A stretch of DNA of 64,000 nucleotides from an uncultured Planctomycetota bacterium (GTDB lineage Bacteria; Planctomycetota; Phycisphaerae; Tepidisphaerales; Tepidisphaeraceae), in the NCBI GenBank assembly GCA_963841915.1, contig CAWJEN010000006.1, forward strand, positions 128,001 through 192,000, written 5' to 3'. The position numbers were made by a program, and so were the translations under genes. Within the stretch, counting starts at the first letter, position 1, and each line of letters opens with the position of its first letter. Below the pieces are notes generated by a model. That model ran no database searches and was not told the origin of the DNA. It was given only the letters and a program-made list of their open reading frames with translations. Below are positions 46,993-55,133 of this stretch, one piece after another.

Positions 46993-47157
46993 GGTCCAAA
47001 TCACGTTCACCCTTATCGGGCAACAATCGTGTCGCAACTGGACTATCCAACGGCAATGGTCCGAACGTAGACTTACAGCCCCGCCCCTGGCTCGTTTGCC
47101 GCGTCTCCTGCGTCGGACCTGCCGCCCCTGCCCGCGATACAAGAGAATCCCGACGAC

Positions 47158-48177
47158 GTGCGTTACCTGTTCCGAGGCCTAATCCGTGAAACCGGCCGCA
47201 CCGTCGAAGGTGCCGTCGAGGCCGAATCGGCAGAAGATGCGCTGACTGCGCTGAGTAACAACGGCATCGTCACCGAGGACCTGACACCGGCCCCGATGCC
47301 GATCGGGCCCGCCTCGCCGCGGGCGGCCTTTGCGCCGTCGACCGCAGGCCGCGCCGGTGCCCCGCCCGTCCCGCCGGGCGACGAAGGCATTGATGCCGGT
47401 GACGAAGGAGCCATCGTCGGTGGATTGCGTCCGGCACCCGTCGGTCCGCCACCTCAGCATCCGGGCGCGACGAGCAGCGACCCGATCGATCAGGCCTTTG
47501 CCGCGGCAAGTCAGTCGGTCAGCTTCGATGCCGTCGCCCAGCGGTACAAAGGCAAAAGCGTTTGGGTCATCGACCGCGACCGCATCCGCAGGCAGGTGGC
47601 CGTTGTCGTCGACAAGGCGATTCAGACCGCCACCGACGACGCCAAGCGACAAGACGACGAGAGCGAGAAGGAACACAAATCTCGGCTCGACGAGACGGGT
47701 GATCGCGTACGTGAGTCTGTGGCGACAGCGTTGAAGGAGCTGTTCAAGGACAACCGCAACATCTCCAGCGAGATGTCAGCCGAAGAGGCCGCCAAGCAGC
47801 GGGCGGCCCAGCAACCTGCCGCCGCGGTGCAAGGCGGAACCGTCGCCGCCAGCACCCCCCAGCTTGAGGCTCTGACGGGCCGACTCGAGGCGTTTCTGGG
47901 TAAGGCTGAGACGGTCCTGACGCAGCTACAAGTCGCCGCCAGGCGTGTAGGCAGTGGCGGTGGTGGTGGCGGAGCGGCGGGCTTTGCCCCGCGTCGGATG
48001 AGCCACATCCCCAAGCCCCAGAACGACGAGCAGAACAGCGTGCTGATGGAGATCTTCAAGAGCAACATGAAGCTCCGAGACACCGTCCGCGCCAAGCCCG
48101 ACACCGCCTCGGCGACCGCGTCGGACGCCCCACCAGCCGAGGCATCCGCCGAAGCACAACCTGCCGCGACCGAATAA
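47158..48177 (+). CDS. Hypothetical protein: PilC/GspF-like N-terminal domain, Pro-rich linker, helical/coiled C-terminus
   Basis: YLFRGLIRETGRTVEGAVEAESAEDALTALSNNGI resembles the N-terminal cytoplasmic module of PilC/GspF proteins; no TM segments. Confidence 0.75.
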   Translation: MRYLFRGLIRETGRTVEGAVEAESAEDALTALSNNGIVTEDLTPAPMPIGPASPRAAFAPSTAGRAGAPPVPPGDEGIDAGDEGAIVGGLRPAPVGPPPQHPGATSSDPIDQAFAAASQSVSFDAVAQRYKGKSVWVIDRDRIRRQVAVVVDKAIQTATDDAKRQDDESEKEHKSRLDETGDRVRESVATALKELFKDNRNISSEMSAEEAAKQRAAQQPAAAVQGGTVAASTPQLEALTGRLEAFLGKAETVLTQLQVAARRVGSGGGGGGAAGFAPRRMSHIPKPQNDEQNSVLMEIFKSNMKLRDTVRAKPDTASATASDAPPAEASAEAQPAATE

Positions 48178-48320
48178 GGCGTGAGCAGATTGCCCGTCGC
48201 CGGCTCGGTGCCGATATGCGATGACATAGCACACGACCGAGCTCCCCCAAGCTCTACGATCCCACCTCGCCGAGGCCACTCGGCCTCTTTACCTACCGCA
48301 GCTTCAGCTTTATCAACCAG

Positions 48321-49403
48321 ATGGCCCAAACGAAAACCATTCTCGAGTCCCAGGCCGACGATTCCGGCCGCGAAGTCCAGGCCATGGTCATGGGCATCGA
48401 CCTCGGCACCAGCCGCTCGTCTATCGCCTCCATGAACGGCGTTCGCAAGACCGTCGAGTCCTACGTCGGCTTTGCCAAGGACGCCGTCAGCCGCAAGCAC
48501 CTCGGCGCCGACATCCTGTATGGCCGCGATGCCATCGACAACGAGATGAGCGTCAACCTCTACCGCCCCCTCGAAAAGGGCGTCATCAAGGGCACGCTCG
48601 GCGACGACGCCGACGAACTCGACAAGAACCTCGAAGCCGCCCAGCTCCTGGTCCGTCGCCTCGTCGAACTCACCAAGCCCTCACGCGACGAAGCCCTGTA
48701 CGGCGTCATCGGCGTCCCCTCACAGGCCAGTGACAAGAACAAGGAAGGTATCCTCGCCAGTGCCAAAGACGTTTTTGATGCGGTCATGATCGTCTCCGAG
48801 CCCTTCACCGTCGCCTACGGCATGGAGCGACTCAGCGACGTGCTCGTCGTCGACATCGGTGCCGGCACGACCGACCTTTCCCGCATGCACGGCACCGTGC
48901 CCTCGGCAGAGGACGAACGCTCGTTCCCCATCGCCGGCGACGCCATCGACCGCGAGCTCTACAAGATCCTGCAGGAGCGTTACCCCGAGGCGTCGCTCAC
49001 GGTCAACATGTGCAAGAAGTTCAAGGAGTCGTACGGCTACGTCAGCGACACCAAGGACAAGATCGAAGTGCTGCTGCCCGTCAAGGGCAAACCCACGCCC
49101 TTCGACATCACCAACGAGATGAAGCAGGCGTGCGAGATCCTGGTCGAGCCGATCCTCGAAGGCGTTGCCGACCTGATCAGCACGTTCAACCCCGAGTTCC
49201 AGGAAAAGCTCCGCAACAACGTCATCATCGCCGGTGGTGGCAGCCAGATGCGTGGTCTCAACAAGCGCGTCGAGGACGGTCTGGAGCGTGTCGGTGGCGG
49301 CAAGGTGACGATCGTCGACGAGCCGATCTACGCCGGTGCCAACGGTGCCCTGCAGCTGGCCCTCGACATGCCGGCCGACTACTGGCAGCAGCTGCACGAC
49401 TGA
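48321..49403 (+). CDS. mamK: MamK-family actin-like ATPase
   Basis: GIDLGTS, VIGVPSQAS, VSEPFTVAYG, VDIGAGTTD, HGTVP..ED, AGGGSQ and C-terminal MPADYWQQL match MamK-type motifs rather than MreB (DLGTAN, EEPMAAAIG, DIGGGTTE). Confidence 0.88.
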   Translation: MAQTKTILESQADDSGREVQAMVMGIDLGTSRSSIASMNGVRKTVESYVGFAKDAVSRKHLGADILYGRDAIDNEMSVNLYRPLEKGVIKGTLGDDADELDKNLEAAQLLVRRLVELTKPSRDEALYGVIGVPSQASDKNKEGILASAKDVFDAVMIVSEPFTVAYGMERLSDVLVVDIGAGTTDLSRMHGTVPSAEDERSFPIAGDAIDRELYKILQERYPEASLTVNMCKKFKESYGYVSDTKDKIEVLLPVKGKPTPFDITNEMKQACEILVEPILEGVADLISTFNPEFQEKLRNNVIIAGGGSQMRGLNKRVEDGLERVGGGKVTIVDEPIYAGANGALQLALDMPADYWQQLHD

Positions 49404-49426
49404 TCCGTCTTTGGTCGCAATCGATC

Positions 49427-49455
49427 GAAGCCCACGGCCACTCGCCGTGGGCTTC
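49427..49455 (+). terminator. Hairpin after the mamK-like gene (terminator or REP)
   Basis: GAAGCCCACGGC-CACTC-GCCGTGGGCTTC, followed by TTCGTT. Confidence 0.65.
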
Positions 49456-49565
49456 TTCGTTGGCTAAAGAGCCCCGAGCCGCGGTCCCACCCTTCTTTCA
49501 AAGATCGCACGCCTGACTTTTTAGACGGTTGTCGTTCAATCTCGTGCGGGCTTACAACGGTCCGA

Positions 49566-50147
49566 ATGAGCATTAAACTTGCCACCGTCTATTGGTCGGG
49601 CTACGGCCACACGAAGAAGCTCGCCGAGGCGATCCACGAAGCCGCCGCGGCGGAGAGCGATGTCGAGGCCGTGCTGCTCGACGCCGAGAATCTGCAGGAA
49701 GGCGACGCCCTTGAGCCGCTGGATGACTGCGACGCGATCATCTTCGGCACGCCGACCTACATGGGCGGACCGGCAGCGAAGTTCAAGGGTTTCATCGACG
49801 CCGCCAGTGGCCGTTGGATGAAGCAAGCGTGGAAGGACAAAGTCGCCGGCGGCTTCACCAACAGCGGCTCGATGAGTGGCGACAAGCAAGGCACGCTCCA
49901 GGCGCTGCACGTCAACGCCATGCAACACGGCATGATCTGGGTCGGCCAGGCCGAGTTGCCCGCGCAGTCTGAGGTCGAGGGGCCAGGTGCCGACAAGGTC
50001 AACCGGATCGGCAGCTACATCGGCGTGATGGCCAAGAGCGCCAGCGGCAGCCCGGAAGGTCCCGGCGAAGGCGATCTCGAAACTGGTCGGATTTATGCCC
50101 GCCGCGTGGTCACTGTGACCAAGCACCTCAAGGCCGGTCGCGCCTGA
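49566..50147 (+). CDS. Flavodoxin-family (WrbA-like) protein
   Basis: YWSGYGHT, FGTPTYMG, WKDKVAGGFTNSG, AMQHGMIWVG. Confidence 0.9.
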   Translation: MSIKLATVYWSGYGHTKKLAEAIHEAAAAESDVEAVLLDAENLQEGDALEPLDDCDAIIFGTPTYMGGPAAKFKGFIDAASGRWMKQAWKDKVAGGFTNSGSMSGDKQGTLQALHVNAMQHGMIWVGQAELPAQSEVEGPGADKVNRIGSYIGVMAKSASGSPEGPGEGDLETGRIYARRVVTVTKHLKAGRA

Positions 50148-50149
50148 GA

Positions 50150-50725
50150 TCAGCTACGCGCCTCGCGTGTGCAGTGGTCGAACAAGACACGCCACTCGGC
50201 CTGCTGGATTCGAACCGCTGGCCGCCACAGGGGCGACGCTTCGCCGCCCTCGTGGGCGGCCTGGCATAGATCTACAAAGGCCGTCGGATCCCAATCGTCG
50301 GTACCGAGCTTGAACAGGCGCTTGTCGGCCGGCTCGTCGCGCGTCGCCTCGGCCGCGTGGGTCGCCAGCGTCGGGAACAGCAAGTCGGACACGCCGGCCA
50401 TTCGGAACCAGTATTTCGCGTTCGAGAAGTCGCCTTCTCGACGGTGCATGATCCCGTGCCAGTAGCTACCGGCAAACGTGTCGACACCCTGACTGATCGC
50501 GTGAGACGCATCGAGGAAGTCGTGCCACAGCCACAGCCCTGCCCGGCAACACGCCTCGGCGTCGGCGTCGGTGGCGTCTTTGACCACGCCTTCGTCCGCC
50601 AGCGTTTCCAGGATCGGACGGGCCGACTCATTGGGTGACGTCGGGACCATCTTCTCATAAGCCTTCATGACGTCGAGCTTCAACGCCTCGCGAGCCGCCG
50701 CCGTGAGTGTGTCTTGATCTGCCAT
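50150..50725 (-). CDS. Conserved hypothetical protein
   Basis: C-terminal part of track ORF 50150..52450: AGLWLWHDFLDASH.ISQ, SYWHGIMHRREGDFSNAKYWFR, EWRVLFDHC; ATG at 50725, divergent from gatB. Confidence 0.8.
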   Translation of the reverse strand: MADQDTLTAAAREALKLDVMKAYEKMVPTSPNESARPILETLADEGVVKDATDADAEACCRAGLWLWHDFLDASHAISQGVDTFAGSYWHGIMHRREGDFSNAKYWFRMAGVSDLLFPTLATHAAEATRDEPADKRLFKLGTDDWDPTAFVDLCQAAHEGGEASPLWRPAVRIQQAEWRVLFDHCTREARS

Positions 50726-50773
50726 AGACAACGGTAGAGCCTTTGCGGTCTCCGGCTCGTATCCTCCACCGCC

Positions 50774-52231
50774 ATGCCCACCGCTCAGGAAGTCAAGACG
50801 CTCGTCGGTCTCGAAATTCACGTTCAGCTCAACACCGACAGCAAGATGTTCACCGATGCCAAGAACGGCTTCGGCGGCGAGCCCAATACGCAGGTCACGC
50901 CGATGGTGATGGGCTTGCCCGGCACGCTGCCGGTCATGAACAAGCTCGCCGTCGAGCACGCCATTACCGCCGGCCTGGCACTCGGCTGCGAGATCGCCAA
51001 GACGTGCAAGTGGGACCGCAAGAGCTACTACTACCCGGATCTTCCCAAAAATTACCAGATTTCGCAGTACGACCAGCCGCTGTGCGGCGAAGGCGTCTAC
51101 GAGCTGACGCTGGCCGACGGCACCACGAAAAGTGTGCGCATTCGACGCGCTCACCTTGAAGAAGACTCCGGCAAGCTGATGCACGACGCACCGGGCGGCT
51201 ACGCGATCGATTACAGCATCGTCGACCTCAACCGGGCTGGAACGCCCTTGCTGGAGATCGTCACCGAACCCGACTTCGACTCGGCAGAAGACGTCTCGGC
51301 GTTTGCCAGGGAACTGCAGCAACTCGTCCAGTACCTCGGCGTCAGCGAGGGCCAGATGCAGATGGGCCACATGCGGTTCGAGCCCAACATCAACCTCCAC
51401 ATCACCGACGACGCCGGCAACAAGCACAAGACCGCCATCACCGAGGTCAAGAACCTCAACAGCTTCAACGTGGTCGAAAAGGCCATCGCCAGCGAGGTCA
51501 AGCGACAGCTCGCCGCTTGGGAAGCCAACGGCGACCTCGGCTCGAAAGCGACCTACGGCTGGGACGAAGCGGCTGGTCGGACGGTGCTGCAACGTGAAAA
51601 GGAAGAAGCCCACGACTACCGCTACTTTCCCGACCCCGACCTGATGCCGGTCGAGGTGGATGATGCCTGGCTGACAGAGCTCAAGAGCCGCATCGGCGAA
51701 CTGCCCGCCGCCCGGCGGAAGCGGTACCTGGGCGAGCTGCAGCTCAACGAGCAGGTGGCGATGGACCTCAGCCAGCACAAGCCGCTGGGCGACTATTTCG
51801 ATGCGGTGGTGGCCGCCGGTGCCGAGCCCAAGCGGGCGGCGGCGGTGGTCGAGACCCTGCGTGAAATGGCGGGCGAGGGACCGATCGACAGCGTCGGCGT
51901 CAACCCCGAGCGGGCGGCGGAAGTCGCCAGGTTGGCCGCCGATTCGAAGATCGCGGCGAGCAAGGAAGTGGCCGGAAAAATCCTGCGCAAGCTGGCCGAC
52001 GACGGCGGCGACGCCGAAGCCGCCGCCGAGTCTTTGGGCCTCATCCAATCGAGTGACACCGGCCCGGTCGACGACGCAATTGATGCCATGCTCGCCGAGA
52101 ACCCCAAGCCGCTTCAGCAATACCGCGAAGGCAAACAGGCGGCTTTCGGTGCCCTCGTCGGCAACGTCATGAAGCGGGGCAAGGGCCTGAACCCGAAGCT
52201 CGTTCAGGAACGACTCAAGGCGAAGCTGTAG
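50774..52231 (+). CDS. gatB: Asp/Glu-tRNA amidotransferase subunit B
   Basis: VGLEIHVQL, GLPGTLPV, DRKSYYYPDLPKNYQISQ, HLEED.GK, DLNRAGTPLLEIVTEPD, EVKNLNS, DYRYFPDPDL. Confidence 0.98.
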   Translation: MPTAQEVKTLVGLEIHVQLNTDSKMFTDAKNGFGGEPNTQVTPMVMGLPGTLPVMNKLAVEHAITAGLALGCEIAKTCKWDRKSYYYPDLPKNYQISQYDQPLCGEGVYELTLADGTTKSVRIRRAHLEEDSGKLMHDAPGGYAIDYSIVDLNRAGTPLLEIVTEPDFDSAEDVSAFARELQQLVQYLGVSEGQMQMGHMRFEPNINLHITDDAGNKHKTAITEVKNLNSFNVVEKAIASEVKRQLAAWEANGDLGSKATYGWDEAAGRTVLQREKEEAHDYRYFPDPDLMPVEVDDAWLTELKSRIGELPAARRKRYLGELQLNEQVAMDLSQHKPLGDYFDAVVAAGAEPKRAAAVVETLREMAGEGPIDSVGVNPERAAEVARLAADSKIAASKEVAGKILRKLADDGGDAEAAAESLGLIQSSDTGPVDDAIDAMLAENPKPLQQYREGKQAAFGALVGNVMKRGKGLNPKLVQERLKAKL

Positions 52232-52424
52232 CATTGCGTTCGGGCGGGACTTCGTGTGCGACAACACACCGTGCACCTTGTTCAAGAACGAGCAAATCAT
52301 CAAAATCAGCATCAAATAATCCGATGCTGGCAAACGGCTTAACCACGCTAACGGAGCGTGGAAGACGTGGCGCGCCGCGATGTTCTCTTGCCACTCTTGC
52401 CACGAGTCGAGTGAACTTGCTGGC

Positions 52425-52658
52425 ATGCCAAGCCCTGTTCGCTTTGCCATCGTCCGTCGTCAGCTTGAAGCCGTCGGCTGGACCTTCAGCCACATCAGCG
52501 GCTCTCACCACGTTTTTAAGAAGCCCGGGCAACGGAGCTACCCCGTGCCGGTGCATGGTGGTAAAGTGCAACCAAACTATGTCCGTGTCATCGACAAGCT
52601 CATCAAAGACGCCGCGGCCGATCACGACGAAAATGCGTCGGGCGGCCGCGGAGCTTGA
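52425..52658 (+). CDS. hicA: HicA-family toxin
   Basis: LEAVGW...ISGSHHVFKKPG...PVPVH...YVR; directly upstream of a HicB-like gene. Confidence 0.85.
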   Translation: MPSPVRFAIVRRQLEAVGWTFSHISGSHHVFKKPGQRSYPVPVHGGKVQPNYVRVIDKLIKDAAADHDENASGGRGA

Positions 52659-53064
52659 GATGGACGTCGAGCAGTACGAGCAGGTCTCACGCCCGCTCGA
52701 TTCCGACCTGCTTCGGCGGGCCAAGCAGATCGTCAGTCGCTATCGCATGTTCGTCCAGTGGCACGAAGATGAGCGGCTCTTCTTTGCCGGTGCTGCCGAG
52801 CACGGCAGCCCGTGTGGCCATGGCAGTACGCGCGAGACCGCGCTGAAAATGGCGACTGAAGGCACCATTGCAGTCGTTGCGACTGAACTTGAAGATGGAG
52901 TCGAACCTGCCGCCCCTCTCGGCGAGCATTCAGATGACCAACGGCACGTTGATGTCGCCTTGTCGGCCGACGAGGAACGCTCTCTAGTGGATGCGGCCAA
53001 GCGGGAAGGCTTCGCCGATCTGTCAACCTACTTACGTAGCACCGCACTGGCGAAGGCGGGCTAG
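52633..53064 (+). CDS. hicB: HicB-family antitoxin with C-terminal ribbon-helix-helix
   Basis: YRMFVQWHE, GHGSTRETALKMA, GVEPAAP, then VDVALSADE...AAKREGF..LSTYLR; start at 52633 or 52660. Confidence 0.8.
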   Translation: MRRAAAELEMDVEQYEQVSRPLDSDLLRRAKQIVSRYRMFVQWHEDERLFFAGAAEHGSPCGHGSTRETALKMATEGTIAVVATELEDGVEPAAPLGEHSDDQRHVDVALSADEERSLVDAAKREGFADLSTYLRSTALAKAG

Positions 53065-53072
53065 CAGGTGGT

Positions 53073-54653
53073 TCATTCACCTTCGCCAGCAATAAAGCTC
53101 CGCACGTCTTCGCCGATCTGCTTGCGCTCGTCGGCGACGTGGTACATCATGTGGCCGCCCTCGTAGTACGTCTGCACGATTCGCTCCCGCACCTCCGGCG
53201 GGACGTCAAACTGGTCAACCGTGTAGTCGGCTCCGTACCACGGCGTGGCCAGGTCATAGATGCCGCTGGCGACGAGAAGCCTCAAGCCGGGAATCTCGTT
53301 CAGCGCTCGCTCGAGGTCGTCGGCGACGTTCAAGTAGCCGCCGCTGTAGCTGTTGGCTGAATCAGCAGTCGGCTTCCACGGTCGGGTTCGGCTGCTGAGC
53401 ACTTCGTACGCCAAGTCGCTCTCAAAGCCGAGGCGGCCGCGGATGTAGTCGTTGAAGGCACCGGCGTAGAGGCCGTAGTAACCGCCGAGCGACGGATCGC
53501 TGTCCGGCTCGGCGGCGGCGGGATCGCGGTCGTGGCCGGTCAGTCGCCCATCCATGCGACCGACGACCTGCCGCTCGTCGGCGAGCAACTGCTTCATGAA
53601 GCGGAACGGGCCGACCCGCAGATCGTTCATCATCACGTAGTCGGCGTCGAGGCCGGTCAATTTCGCGTACTCCTCGGCAACGTTGCGGCGGGCGGCCTCG
53701 TCGAGCGAACGACCACGAACCAGCGCCGGCAGATACCGCTCGACAGCAAACTCCGCTGCCGCTCGGCGGGCTTCATCGGGCGCCATGTCAATTTTTCCGT
53801 GAAACGCCGCCGTGGCTGCGTACGTCGGCAGGAAGCTTACCAGCGGCATCGGGTTGTTGGCCGCCTCCCGGATCGTGCTGAAGTCGAGCACGGTGCTGAT
53901 GAGAATGACACCACTGACGTCAAAGCCGAAGCGGTCGTGCAGATCGATCGCAAGCCGTGCCGCCCGCGTGGTGCCGTAGCTCTCACCGGCGAGGAACTTC
54001 TTGTCGTCCCACCGGCCGAATCGGGTGCAGTGCAGGCGGATGAACTCACCTACCCACTTTGTGTCCTGTTCGACGCCGTAGAACCGCTCGCCTTCGTCTT
54101 TGACGTCGGCATCCTGGTCCTGCTTGCCGTCCTTGTCTTTGTCTTCCTTTTTCGTGGCCGCACGGCTGAAGCCGGTGCCGATCGGGTCGATGAAGACAAG
54201 GTCGGTGGCGGCGAGCCAGCTCGACTCGTTTTTTACGACAACGCTCGGCGGCTGGGGCGGCGTGCCGTCGTCGGGTAAATCGACGCGAAACGGACCGGCC
54301 GTGCCCAGGTGCAGCCAGACGCTCGCCGCGCCTGGTCCGCCGTTGAAGACGTAGGTGATCGGCCGCGGCTGAGTCTCGTGCAACGGCTTGCCGTCGTCAC
54401 CCGTTGCCGCGTAGTAGACGAAGAAGATCGTGCCGCGCGTGACGCCCGCATCGTCCTTCATGTCCAGCTCGGCGGCCCTGGCCTCGAACTTGACGCCGGC
54501 TGCTTCGTGCTGCGTGACGCTGTTGCTCTTGAACGCCGGCTGATCGGCCGCGGGCTGGGCGTCGTCGACCTTGTCCTCCTGTGCCCCGGCCGTGCCCGCC
54601 ATGGCCAGAACGAACGGCAGAGCGATCAACGCGTTCCACATCACATCAGGCAT
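53073..54653 (-). CDS. S10-family serine carboxypeptidase, exported
   Basis: FNGGPGAAS, DLVFIDPIGTGFS, GESYG, GIYDLATP, YEGGHMMY. Confidence 0.93.
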   Translation of the reverse strand: MPDVMWNALIALPFVLAMAGTAGAQEDKVDDAQPAADQPAFKSNSVTQHEAAGVKFEARAAELDMKDDAGVTRGTIFFVYYAATGDDGKPLHETQPRPITYVFNGGPGAASVWLHLGTAGPFRVDLPDDGTPPQPPSVVVKNESSWLAATDLVFIDPIGTGFSRAATKKEDKDKDGKQDQDADVKDEGERFYGVEQDTKWVGEFIRLHCTRFGRWDDKKFLAGESYGTTRAARLAIDLHDRFGFDVSGVILISTVLDFSTIREAANNPMPLVSFLPTYAATAAFHGKIDMAPDEARRAAAEFAVERYLPALVRGRSLDEAARRNVAEEYAKLTGLDADYVMMNDLRVGPFRFMKQLLADERQVVGRMDGRLTGHDRDPAAAEPDSDPSLGGYYGLYAGAFNDYIRGRLGFESDLAYEVLSSRTRPWKPTADSANSYSGGYLNVADDLERALNEIPGLRLLVASGIYDLATPWYGADYTVDQFDVPPEVRERIVQTYYEGGHMMYHVADERKQIGEDVRSFIAGEGE

Positions 54654-54689
54654 ACCCGCACACTATCCGCCGGACGCTGCACACTGCGG

Positions 54690-55133
54690 TCAGACGATCT
54701 GCGAGAGTTCACGGCGGCTGTGGGCGTCGAGTTCATCGGGCGGCGGCAGCTCGAAGATCTGACCATCCGCATCGCGGATCAAGGTGCGGCCGTCCGCCAA
54801 CGCCCGAAGGTCTTCGCGTTCGCGTAGCAGCACCCGGTGATTGCCGCGGTCGGTCGACACCTCGAAGAGCGTCACCGCGTTGGCCGACTTCACCGCATTG
54901 ACCCGCAGAATGCGTGGCACAAACGTGTGGCGTTGCAGCCACGCCTCGATCGCCCCGCGGCTCCTGGCCGGCAGCTTCGTCAGGTCGTCGATGCACGTCA
55001 CCTCGTTGCCGTCGCCGTCACGCAGGACGATCATGCGATCCGGGTGCGACCACGGGAACCCTCGGGCGGCGGTCACTGTCGTGCCGTCGCTCGTGACCAG
55101 GTCGCCGGCTTCGTTGAGGTCGACGTCGGTCAT
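54690..55133 (-). CDS. DUF1854-family protein
   Basis: RGFPWSHP, DG.E..CIDDL, FVPRI, V.TDRG, LD..SRR.L; start overlaps the ABC gene stop (ATGA). Confidence 0.85.
   Translation of the reverse strand: MTDVDLNEAGDLVTSDGTTVTAARGFPWSHPDRMIVLRDGDGNEVTCIDDLTKLPARSRGAIEAWLQRHTFVPRILRVNAVKSANAVTLFEVSTDRGNHRVLLREREDLRALADGRTLIRDADGQIFELPPPDELDAHSRRELSQIV

Noticed and set aside
47158..50147. Magnetosome gene island
   Set aside because: Only a MamK-like gene is present; I recognise no other mam/mms/mad genes.
50150..52450. 766-aa minus-strand ORF as one protein
   Set aside because: Its first ~575 codons are antisense to gatB; only 50150..50725 looks like a real gene.
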